Below the pieces are notes generated by a model. The model was given only the letters and a program-made list of their open reading frames with translations, was not told the origin of the DNA and did not search any database. A stretch of 30,708 bases of DNA from a virus (lineage: Duplodnaviria; Caudoviricetes), in IMG/VR virus record IMGVR_UViG_3300017978_000433, positions 1-30,708 of that record, one strand, 5' to 3'. Below are positions 1 through 8,886 of the stretch, piece by piece; position 1 is the stretch's first letter; each line of letters opens with the position of its first letter. The position numbers and the translations under genes were made by a program.

Positions 1-27
1 GGTTACACGTGTGGTAATTAAAGGCAT
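1..27 (-). CDS. 5' end of the next gene (MPLITTRVT...), runs off the left edge; possibly another fibre protein
   Basis: ATG at 27 on the minus strand, 3 nt after the TAA of the fibre gene, preceded by GGAG about 6 nt upstream; only 9 codons visible. Confidence 0.5.
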
Positions 28-30
28 TTA

Positions 31-1254
31 TTACTCCATCCCAATATGTTTCTTGATTGAACGAAGCTCAGCTCTCAACTCTTTAATACCTTCAATAAAC
101 AATGGAGCGAAACGTTCATAATCAACTGTTAAGTATTTATTATCAATTGGGGCAGGCTTTACAATCTCAGGAAGAACGCCTTGTGTTTTTTGGGCTGAAA
201 CACCAACCTCACGTTTTACTGTGTATCCTAGATCTTGGGCAGTTTGGTTAGCTTCATAATAGAAACCTTCTAGCTCTTCAATCTTATCAAGAGCATTTTC
301 AATCTTACCAAGTTTAGTCTTTAGTTTGTCGTCAGAGTAATACGCAACGATGTTACCAGTGGCATAAATACCACCACCTTCAACTGCATTAGCGTGACCA
401 AGTGCCAGTTGTTGAGCCCAAATAGTATTCCAACGGTTTCCGCCTTGTCCAAGGTCACCAGAACCGTTTGTACCAACTTTAGTGATGCTGCTGAAAGAAG
501 GGGCTAGAGAAACACCGATATTAATATCACCACCAACACCAGTTGCATTAGTTAGGTCAATCGAGTTACCAGAAACGAACTTACGAACAACTGCTGAGTT
601 TGTAGTTGTTCTGATTAGGAAACCATCGCCAGACGTAGATGATAAACCAGAAAGAGTGGCAGCGTAGGCTTGAACGTCAGAACCAATAACCAAACCAAGG
701 TTAGATCTTGCGCCAGAAGCAGTAGAAGCACCAGTACCACCATCAGCTACTGTAATGTCTGTGATACCAGTAATTGTACCGCCAGTAATATCAATAGTGT
801 TCTTACTTTGAACAGCTATGTTACCAAGACCAAGGTTGTTTCTAGCAGAAGATGTATTGTTAGCACCTGTGCCACCGTGTTCAATTTGTACAACACCATC
901 AACGTTAGATGCGTTACCAGTAACAGTACCAACTAAGTTACCTGTCACGTTACCAAGAACTGCTCCAACGTGAACGCCATAAAATTGGTTGGCGTAGATG
1001 TTAGAAAGCGAGTCACGAATAGCAACTGTGTTTGGTTGTGAAGATCTACTTGGTAAATAACCTTGTAACTTCTTAGCGTCAATTGTAGACGTAGTACCTG
1101 AAATTGGTTCTAGTAAGTTAAGGATGTTCTGCGCAGTGAAAGTAGTTGTATCTAATTTCTGCGCAACTTCTTGGTTTAAAGAGTCAAAATTAGAATCAAC
1201 CTCTTCAATTGTCAGAGGACGTTCTTTATCTTGTCTTAGATGGATGATAGCCAT
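31..1254 (-). CDS. Tail fibre protein with C-terminal intramolecular chaperone (peptidase S74-like)
   Basis: Gly/Thr/Asn-rich shaft, two GGTGAxxxxxARxNLGL repeats; C-terminal YSDDKLK...ALDKIEELEGFYY...GVSAQ...VLPEIV...VDYERF...coiled coil is typical of S74 autocleaving chaperones. Confidence 0.85.
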   Translation of the reverse strand: MAIIHLRQDKERPLTIEEVDSNFDSLNQEVAQKLDTTTFTAQNILNLLEPISGTTSTIDAKKLQGYLPSRSSQPNTVAIRDSLSNIYANQFYGVHVGAVLGNVTGNLVGTVTGNASNVDGVVQIEHGGTGANNTSSARNNLGLGNIAVQSKNTIDITGGTITGITDITVADGGTGASTASGARSNLGLVIGSDVQAYAATLSGLSSTSGDGFLIRTTTNSAVVRKFVSGNSIDLTNATGVGGDINIGVSLAPSFSSITKVGTNGSGDLGQGGNRWNTIWAQQLALGHANAVEGGGIYATGNIVAYYSDDKLKTKLGKIENALDKIEELEGFYYEANQTAQDLGYTVKREVGVSAQKTQGVLPEIVKPAPIDNKYLTVDYERFAPLFIEGIKELRAELRSIKKHIGME

Positions 1255-1502
1255 TATTTACCTTTTTCTAGTAACGTTAGCAACATAACTTTGATGTCTT
1301 GCATGTCGCTCTTTATATTATTTATTTCTGTTTCTAGTCGTGTTACAGAATCAACTGTGTGTTTATTTTCTTCACTTTTCTGTAAAGCGAAAAGTCTTTG
1401 AGATCGGTATGACTCGAAAGACTTTCTATCCACATTAACGACACCCCCACTGGAGGTGTCTTTTCTTAAGTGGGTATAACCTTCAACTTTTTCTAAGCCC
1501 AT
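1254..1502 (-). CDS. Small conserved phage protein with C-terminal coiled coil
   Basis: 82-aa ORF, TAATG overlap with the fibre gene; KVEGY..LRKD..SG.VVN start and heptad tail resemble small proteins next to VrlC-like genes in T4-like phages. Confidence 0.7.
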   Translation of the reverse strand: MGLEKVEGYTHLRKDTSSGGVVNVDRKSFESYRSQRLFALQKSEENKHTVDSVTRLETEINNIKSDMQDIKVMLLTLLEKGK

Positions 1503-1503
1503 A

Positions 1504-4500
1504 TTATGTCAATGCCAGTAATCTTAGGTTTTTAATCTTAGGTACAGCCACTGGTCTAGTAGATTTGAACACGATCTTGATTTGAACGTTGTTGAAAGAA
1601 GGGATACCATTTTTAGTAATTTCTCTTTCAACAAACTCAGAACCAACGTCCTTAGCGTCACTCACGTAACCAGTATCATTCCAACGTAGTTTTCTCAAAT
1701 CTACATCGTTACCAGTCCAAGTTCTGTAATAGACTTTGACTTCAGTGCTGTTTGGAATGTTAGCGTCAAACAATACCTTAATCACTTCAGCTGGTTCAGC
1801 CAGTGATAGAGTTCTTGTAATGTAGTTGGCGTTGTTAGAAGATCCGTATGGAGCTGTATCGTCAACATATTTATCCAAGATAGAAATCTTAAAGTTACCG
1901 TCAGTGATCATGTCGATCGTAGCAGTAGTACCGAAAGCTCTGTCCAAAGTGATAGTACAAATATCACCTTCAGTGTTACCAGCGTACACAGTACGGTCTT
2001 CAACAACTTGAACGTCAGTGATATTGTAAGTGCCGTCGATTAGTTTTGGAGATACTTGGTCACCGTCAACGCCAGAGATAATTAGAACCTTACCAACGCT
2101 GGCAGAAGATAACAAGTTATCAGCCGTATCAATTGTAGTGCTAATCTTACCGAAACCAGCGGAGTTGTTCGCGAAGGTTAGAGAAGGGTTAGATTGAATA
2201 ACAAAAGAAGTAGCGCCAGTGATAGCAATACCAGAGTTGCCAGTTAGAGTCAACAATGTGTCAGAAGTAACAGAAGAAACAGTGCCGATTAAAGCATCAT
2301 CGCTATCTCTGTACAATTTGTTGCCTGGGAACACTTGAGACTTGAACGAAGTACCTTCACCTGTAACGGCAGTAGTGCCAGTGCCAGCAGTTATGATGTT
2401 TCCAGTGCCAGCAGTTTGAGTATCAGCAGTTGCGATATCGTTGGCTGTCAACAACACACGTGTATCAATAGCTGCAACGTTTACTTCAGAAGCAGAAGTG
2501 CTATTGATCAAGTTAGATACAGCAAAAGCAGAAAGCTGTTGAATATCAATAACTGGAGACACGTTAGGGTTTGTAGAAGACATAACTGCTTTAATTTGCA
2601 GCGGAGCTACTTTAACGTCATTGACAGTATTGTAGTTTTCGTATGCTGGGATCATCATACGAGTATTGAAGTTGTTATCGCTGTTTGCAACGATTGGCAA
2701 GTAACCACCGATAGTTCCACCTGTTGTCATTGTCTTAGCATAGTAGTCAACTTTAGTATCTGTGAAGACTAAGTCAGAAGTCTTCAAGTACAAGTCGTCC
2801 ATGAATAGACCACGAGTGATAGAAACTGTGTTTCCACCATATTGACCAGTAGTAAAATCTAGAGCAGTGCCAGACAACAGGTTGTTACCAGAACCAGCTT
2901 CAGTTGTAGTCAATTGAATAACGAAACTATCCTTATCCAAACCTTCAGACAATACAATATGAGCTGTATTCAATAAAGTGTGAGGGATACCCTTAGTTTG
3001 ATCAATTGATCCATGAACACCAACTGGAACACCGCTGATGGTTACTGATTGACCAGCAATCAAACCATGGTTCTTAGCCTTCACGCGAATCTTAGTAAGA
3101 TTGTTTGTGATAGTGAATGGGTTATTATCCAAACCAATATTTTCTGGTGGGACGTTCTTCAAGAACAACTGAGACTGCACGTTAGTGTTAAACTTAGCAG
3201 TTCTTAGAACGAACTTAATATCCAATAGCGTATGGATTTCCCACTCTTGTGCGTTTTGAGAAGCATACAGTGAACCAGTTAGTGGTTGACCAGCGATATT
3301 ATTACCAGTCAAGATATCTTTCTGACCCATTTCAGAAACCCACATTTGGGCACCTGGCTCGTCAGTCATAACAACGAACGCATATGTTTCGTTATCTTGT
3401 AGATAGATCGGAGATCTAAACTTGAACTGAGTTGGTAGAGAGCTATCATCTGACACAACAATTTCTGAAGGAGTTCGAACAACTTGCGAGAATGGGATAA
3501 CCTTAGTAGAAGAAGGAACACCATTATCAGTTGGACGAAGTTCGATAGCAACTGGGCGACGACCTCTCTCAGAGAAGTACAAGTCAATAGAAGTAACGAA
3601 CGCACCTCCTGGATTATTAACCACGAAAGTTTGTGCAAGTGGGTCAGTACTGTATTGGTACAACACACGAGTTGAAGTCGAAGTTCTGCGGATAGGTGGA
3701 AGACCCATATCACGAGAATTTTGGTAAGCTGCTGACTGGATAAACTGCGCTGCACGAGTAGACACAACAGTACGTTCTTTATCTAGAGCAATACCTTGAG
3801 CATAGTACACAGCAGAACCAACAGAATCAAACTGAGCATCACTATCAGACATGTTATCTGTTAGTTTGAAAGTACGTTCACCAGTACGGAAAGCCAAAGA
3901 GTCAGTTTCTGGGATAACGAATACGCCAACCATAGAACCGTCTGCATCAGCAGTGTTAAAATCACCAACTGACTTCATAGTGAAACCAGTAGTTGCGCCG
4001 TTGATTTCGTTTACAACAAAACCGTTGTAGTTACCAGTAGAACCGATACCAACAGTACCAGTTAGTGTTTCACCAACGCCGAAGCCGTTCTTGATGTTAA
4101 CAATATGGATGTCTTGTTGGATTGGACCAATAGTGTCAGAGCTGTAAATTGTACCACCGTAAGCAACAACACCAGAAGCCTTCAAACGATACAACTTACC
4201 ACGTTGGTTGTCATCATATGACGCAGTTGAGTATGCGTCAAACGCTGGGATCTCAGTTCCGTCGATGTTAGCAAGAGTAATTGTACCACCGCTCACGCCA
4301 ACAATCTTAAACACTTTTAGGTTAAGCTGTTTAGAACTTGCAGCTGGGTTTGTAAGTTTATTGCTTACAGGGAACACCACACCAGAGTAATCTTGCCAAG
4401 TAGAAACGTTAACAGTGTTGTGGTAGTTCAAGTTGTATAGAACAACGTGGTTACCAACATACAAGTTATTTGAATCAGCAACAACCATATTGAATGTAGT

Positions 4501-7500
4501 TGCTGGAGCAGTTAGGTTAGCAATAGAAACAATGTTAGTTACAGTGTGTTGAGTATTAGTGATAACATCACCGAATCCAAACGCTGGTTCTACACGGCTT
4601 CCGCTTTCACCAACAACAGTTCTGTATGAAGTACCGTCGAAGCTACGACGTGGATCATCAGCTAGGATGTTGTTCTGCAAATCAGCCAACTCGAAAGACA
4701 TCAATGAGTTTGATACACGTGTTACTTTGAACACGTCTGCAGGCTTAACATATTGCTTAACTGGAATCTTATCGAAGAACGGGAAGAAGCGAGTAGCTGG
4801 CTTCAAGTTCTGTGCAACGAATGTTACAGGTCTGGATCTCATGTATGGGATATAAGACATATCCACAACACGGTCACCGTAAGATTGAGTGTTAACAGTA
4901 GAAGAAGGTGTTACGCTATATGATGTACCAGATCTATCTTGGTAGCCAGATTCAGTATACAACGATGTTTCATACGTTGTAGTTAGACGACCTTCAGTTG
5001 TAGATGTTGAGAAAGTACCAGCATATGCAGAAGATGTCCAATGGTCTTGCCATTCACCCCACTGAGTACCGATAATGTTTTCCACAACATACTTAATTGC
5101 GTCATAACCGTTATTATCTGTAACGTTCAAGTCTGGACGACGAGAGATTGACTTCCAGCTATCACCTTCTGGGTACAAGTAAACTTGACCTTTGAACGCA
5201 CCCATAGAGATAGAACGAACGTCCATCGCACGAGTAGCGTTGTAGTTGAAGATGTAATCGTTTTCGCTGTATGGAAGAGTGATAAGGTCACCAGTCTTCT
5301 GGTAAGTCTTGTTACCACGGTCAGCGCCAGAAGTTAAGTCTTCAACCAATTCAACTGCGTTAGTGTAGTGAGTTGGGCGTAGAACCTTGTTCTTGTTATC
5401 AATAGCGATACGGTAATCTTCGTGTTTAACATCACCGATACCGTGACCAGTAAATTGGTCAACAATGAAACCGTTCTTGAAGCGATCTAGACCAGTAGTC
5501 TCGTCAACAATAGAAAGCTGTGCAGTATCCTTCTCCAATAGAGAAAGAGTTACATAGTATTCTAGTTTAGAAATACGACGCTCTAAACGACCGATATCAC
5601 GCATAGTGTAACGGCGGTTGTCACGTTGTGTTACAGTTACATCCTTAACAGAATTAGTGTATGGTGGGATTGTAACTGTTGCAAGAACCATGCCTTCTTT
5701 TGGATCATCAGGTTCTTTTGGCATTGCGCTCGGCACGCCAGTAATAATATTGAACTTACCGAATGAATCCAAGGCAACTTTGTCAACACGACCAACGTAG
5801 TTTGCACGTGGGCAGCTCATATCAGAACCGATCATTGGTAGTTCTGGGTGCCATTGGTTAGAATCTGCAGCAACTAAAACTGGACGGAAGTCAACAACAT
5901 CAGTCAAGCTGATTTCTTTAGACTTACCAGATACAGGGTCTGTTGTGAAGTATGATGGAACTTCTTCATACTTAACGCCTGTTGTACCGATAGTGTAAGA
6001 ATCTACAGAGAAGTAGTTACCACCGTTACCGCCAGACTTAGCGTAAGTGAAGAACCAGTATTTGACACGGATTGGTCCATTAGGCACAGGTTGACCTGGC
6101 TTCAAGTTCAACGCACCGTATGTGTAGTATGAAGATCTTTGACCGTCATCTAAAGTGTAACGATCAGTGATGTCAATAACGTTGTCTTCATCGAAAGTGT
6201 ATGTACCATCATCTGGCGTCATTTCAATGCTTACAAGTTTAAAGATATCAGCGTGGTTCAATTCGATAGTGTTAGAGTTTACAACTTTCTTGTTCTCAAC
6301 TACCATCACGCCGTCAATCTTGTTCAAAGTCTTAACAGCTTCTTGAGCTGAGTTAGAAATCTGAATCACAGACGCAATCAAGTAATATTCTTGACCAGGT
6401 GGCACGTTGTTGAAAGTAACTTCAGTCTTGTTCTCATTGTTATCGAATGAAATATAAACCTTAGTCACATCATCAACTGTCCACTGTACTGGAAGACCAG
6501 AGTTAGCGTTCACCAATAGGTAGTTAGAATCATCTTCGTCAGACAAGAAGTTCTCGTTATCTGCAGTCAAATCCCAAGTAACAGAGTTGCTTGTAGAAGA
6601 ACGTGTATCGAACTGGCGACGAACAACAATCTTGCTGTTCTTGAAGCTGTCAGAACCGTTTAGATAACCACGAAGAGTCTTGATGTTAGTCTGACCAATT
6701 GGGAATAACAGAGATTCGTATGTTGGTAGGTTTAGTCGTGCGCTGAAAATAGTGATACGACCATTGGACACAGTAGCTGGAGAGTTACCAGCAAGAGTGA
6801 AGGCATAGTTACCAAGCTCAGTACCACTGTAAGTGCCAGTAGTTGCACCAACAGTACCGATGAATGTGTCGTTCAAGAATACAATATCACCAACTTTAAC
6901 AGTTGAGTTGAACACAGTACCTTGACCTGTAACTAAAACAGAACCAGAAGTAACAGAGGCTGTTCCTGGGATAGCGAAAGAAGATGGAGAAATATCGCAA
7001 GCGAAGTTACCAGAAGAATTCAATCCAATGATAGACTTAACGTCTCTTTCGAATGATTGACCGTCAAACATCTTAACGTCAAACACACCCAATTTGTATA
7101 CTGATTTAGTATCAACTGCTGTATCAATGTCAGATAGTTGAATAGATCTAACACGGGCAGTACCAACGATGTTAGATTGAGATGGTTGGAAACCAACTGT
7201 AATGTTGTAGTTCAAACGGATTTCTGGTGGAACAGTAGAGCTGTAACCAGTACCACCCGCTGCAATAGCAATTCCAGTTACAACGCCGTTAGTAACAGTG
7301 ACGTTCAACTGTGCGCCAGAACCAGTACCAGTTCTAGCATTAACAGAGAAGAATGCAGACCAAGCTGGTGCACTTTCGTTCCAACCAGCAGAATAACCAG
7401 TACCACCGTCAACCAAAGTTACTGATGCAATTGCGCCAGTAGATGGGTTAACAGTACAAGTTGCCTTGGCAACACGTGGTTGTAGAACTTTAGTTAGATA

Positions 7501-8838
7501 AACTTTCTCGAAGTTTAAAACGTCTGGCATGTTGTATAGGTTCTTGACCTCTACATAACTGCCTGAGCTTAGACCAACAGTTTGTTGATCAGTACGTTGA
7601 ATGTGGTTGTTTTCTTCACCGTTAATTTCGCGAGCTTTATTGAAGTCAACGAATTGAGCGGCTGAAGATTCGATCTCGTAACCTTGGATGTACGCTTTGC
7701 CTGGGTCTACAACTAAACAGAACTTGTTGTCGTCACCGTATGTAACACCTTCAACTGGAAGAGTGCCATCAGCTAATGGTACATAAACACCTTGGTTCGC
7801 GCCATCGTTCAAGTGTTCACGAACTGATAGTTTGAATTTGTTTACTTCGTAGTTACCAGATTCGTCGTATGTGCGACGAGCAAGAGACTTCTCAAGCTCA
7901 GCGTAAGAGCTGTTTGTAATTTTCTGGTGAACACGACCGTCAACGATACGAACCAATTCAATAAACTTGATTGTGTCAGTACCAGTCAAAGGTAGTTTAA
8001 CTAGAGATAGAGAGATTTTGTAACGGTGAGCACCTGGCGCAGCAAAGTTATAAGAACCAGTGGCGTTGTCTAGAATAGATTCGTCATCTTCTGGAGCAAC
8101 AGTTTCTTCAGTAACTTTGAAACCAACACGGCAAGATGGAGTGTTGTTGAAACGGCTTACATACAACTTCAAGTCATCGTTACGAACGAATGTACCGTCA
8201 ATGTAGTAAATACCTGCGCCAACATCAACACTGTAACCATAACCGATAACGTCAGAAGACGCATTGTTAGTGTAAGTAGTTGGAGTTTCAGAAGAAGAAC
8301 CTGTCAACTTAATAACAGCTGTAATATCAGTCAGCTGGTCTTCAGACAAACGGAAGTTTGTAGAGATTAAGTTGTCATCAGTATAGGCGATAATGTTCTC
8401 ACCTGGTTGCAGGCGGTTAGTAACAGTATCGTCAGCAGTACCTTCGATCTTACAATATAGAGTAGCAACGTTGAGTTGATCAACGACTGCAGAGCCACCA
8501 GATGTGTCAAGAACACGCATCTTAACACCAGAAGTTTCACCAGTGATAATCTTATTCTTGAAAGTTTCAATATATGTGGTAACGTCAACAGTACCAGTGA
8601 ACTGTTCAAGTTTGATAAAGTGAACTTTGTTATCAACGTTCACTGAACCTGGGATTACTTGGGAACCATTCTTGAATACGTGATCACCGAAACGAGAAAC
8701 TTGATGTTGCAAAATGGTCTGCAATTGTGTAAGTTCACGTGCCTGAACCGCATAGCTTGGGCGGAACAGAACTCGGTAAAAGTCTTTCTTTGGATCGTAA
8801 TCGTCAAAGTACGGTTCTGTGTTAAAATCAAGTGCCAT
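1504..8838 (-). CDS. Giant virion structural protein, VrlC/DUF4815-like (peripheral baseplate)
   Basis: 2444 aa; N-terminal FNTEPYFDDYD...FYRVLFRP..AVQARELTQLQ, internal NRRYTMRDIGRLERRI..LEYY, RFKNGFIVDQF and DPLAQTF, C-terminal PKIKNLRLLAL motifs. Confidence 0.85.
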   Translation of the reverse strand: MALDFNTEPYFDDYDPKKDFYRVLFRPSYAVQARELTQLQTILQHQVSRFGDHVFKNGSQVIPGSVNVDNKVHFIKLEQFTGTVDVTTYIETFKNKIITGETSGVKMRVLDTSGGSAVVDQLNVATLYCKIEGTADDTVTNRLQPGENIIAYTDDNLISTNFRLSEDQLTDITAVIKLTGSSSETPTTYTNNASSDVIGYGYSVDVGAGIYYIDGTFVRNDDLKLYVSRFNNTPSCRVGFKVTEETVAPEDDESILDNATGSYNFAAPGAHRYKISLSLVKLPLTGTDTIKFIELVRIVDGRVHQKITNSSYAELEKSLARRTYDESGNYEVNKFKLSVREHLNDGANQGVYVPLADGTLPVEGVTYGDDNKFCLVVDPGKAYIQGYEIESSAAQFVDFNKAREINGEENNHIQRTDQQTVGLSSGSYVEVKNLYNMPDVLNFEKVYLTKVLQPRVAKATCTVNPSTGAIASVTLVDGGTGYSAGWNESAPAWSAFFSVNARTGTGSGAQLNVTVTNGVVTGIAIAAGGTGYSSTVPPEIRLNYNITVGFQPSQSNIVGTARVRSIQLSDIDTAVDTKSVYKLGVFDVKMFDGQSFERDVKSIIGLNSSGNFACDISPSSFAIPGTASVTSGSVLVTGQGTVFNSTVKVGDIVFLNDTFIGTVGATTGTYSGTELGNYAFTLAGNSPATVSNGRITIFSARLNLPTYESLLFPIGQTNIKTLRGYLNGSDSFKNSKIVVRRQFDTRSSTSNSVTWDLTADNENFLSDEDDSNYLLVNANSGLPVQWTVDDVTKVYISFDNNENKTEVTFNNVPPGQEYYLIASVIQISNSAQEAVKTLNKIDGVMVVENKKVVNSNTIELNHADIFKLVSIEMTPDDGTYTFDEDNVIDITDRYTLDDGQRSSYYTYGALNLKPGQPVPNGPIRVKYWFFTYAKSGGNGGNYFSVDSYTIGTTGVKYEEVPSYFTTDPVSGKSKEISLTDVVDFRPVLVAADSNQWHPELPMIGSDMSCPRANYVGRVDKVALDSFGKFNIITGVPSAMPKEPDDPKEGMVLATVTIPPYTNSVKDVTVTQRDNRRYTMRDIGRLERRISKLEYYVTLSLLEKDTAQLSIVDETTGLDRFKNGFIVDQFTGHGIGDVKHEDYRIAIDNKNKVLRPTHYTNAVELVEDLTSGADRGNKTYQKTGDLITLPYSENDYIFNYNATRAMDVRSISMGAFKGQVYLYPEGDSWKSISRRPDLNVTDNNGYDAIKYVVENIIGTQWGEWQDHWTSSAYAGTFSTSTTEGRLTTTYETSLYTESGYQDRSGTSYSVTPSSTVNTQSYGDRVVDMSYIPYMRSRPVTFVAQNLKPATRFFPFFDKIPVKQYVKPADVFKVTRVSNSLMSFELADLQNNILADDPRRSFDGTSYRTVVGESGSRVEPAFGFGDVITNTQHTVTNIVSIANLTAPATTFNMVVADSNNLYVGNHVVLYNLNYHNTVNVSTWQDYSGVVFPVSNKLTNPAASSKQLNLKVFKIVGVSGGTITLANIDGTEIPAFDAYSTASYDDNQRGKLYRLKASGVVAYGGTIYSSDTIGPIQQDIHIVNIKNGFGVGETLTGTVGIGSTGNYNGFVVNEINGATTGFTMKSVGDFNTADADGSMVGVFVIPETDSLAFRTGERTFKLTDNMSDSDAQFDSVGSAVYYAQGIALDKERTVVSTRAAQFIQSAAYQNSRDMGLPPIRRTSTSTRVLYQYSTDPLAQTFVVNNPGGAFVTSIDLYFSERGRRPVAIELRPTDNGVPSSTKVIPFSQVVRTPSEIVVSDDSSLPTQFKFRSPIYLQDNETYAFVVMTDEPGAQMWVSEMGQKDILTGNNIAGQPLTGSLYASQNAQEWEIHTLLDIKFVLRTAKFNTNVQSQLFLKNVPPENIGLDNNPFTITNNLTKIRVKAKNHGLIAGQSVTISGVPVGVHGSIDQTKGIPHTLLNTAHIVLSEGLDKDSFVIQLTTTEAGSGNNLLSGTALDFTTGQYGGNTVSITRGLFMDDLYLKTSDLVFTDTKVDYYAKTMTTGGTIGGYLPIVANSDNNFNTRMMIPAYENYNTVNDVKVAPLQIKAVMSSTNPNVSPVIDIQQLSAFAVSNLINSTSASEVNVAAIDTRVLLTANDIATADTQTAGTGNIITAGTGTTAVTGEGTSFKSQVFPGNKLYRDSDDALIGTVSSVTSDTLLTLTGNSGIAITGATSFVIQSNPSLTFANNSAGFGKISTTIDTADNLLSSASVGKVLIISGVDGDQVSPKLIDGTYNITDVQVVEDRTVYAGNTEGDICTITLDRAFGTTATIDMITDGNFKISILDKYVDDTAPYGSSNNANYITRTLSLAEPAEVIKVLFDANIPNSTEVKVYYRTWTGNDVDLRKLRWNDTGYVSDAKDVGSEFVEREITKNGIPSFNNVQIKIVFKSTRPVAVPKIKNLRLLALT

Positions 8839-8875
8839 TCTTTTTGTCTCTTTAAAAGTTAAACAATAACTCTAT

Positions 8876-8883
8876 TATTTAGT
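8876..8883 (-). promoter_or_regulatory. T4-type late promoter (ACTAAATA) for the 2444-aa gene
   Basis: Variant of the T4 gp55 late promoter TATAAATA in the intergenic gap, 37 nt upstream of the ATG at 8838. Confidence 0.7.
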
Positions 8884-8886
8884 GTA

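Noticed and set aside
690-880. GGTGA...ARxNLGL repeats as a DGR or CRISPR-like repeat
   Set aside because: They are protein-level fibre repeats with synonymous divergence; no adenine-specific TR/VR pattern, reverse transcriptase or regular spacers.
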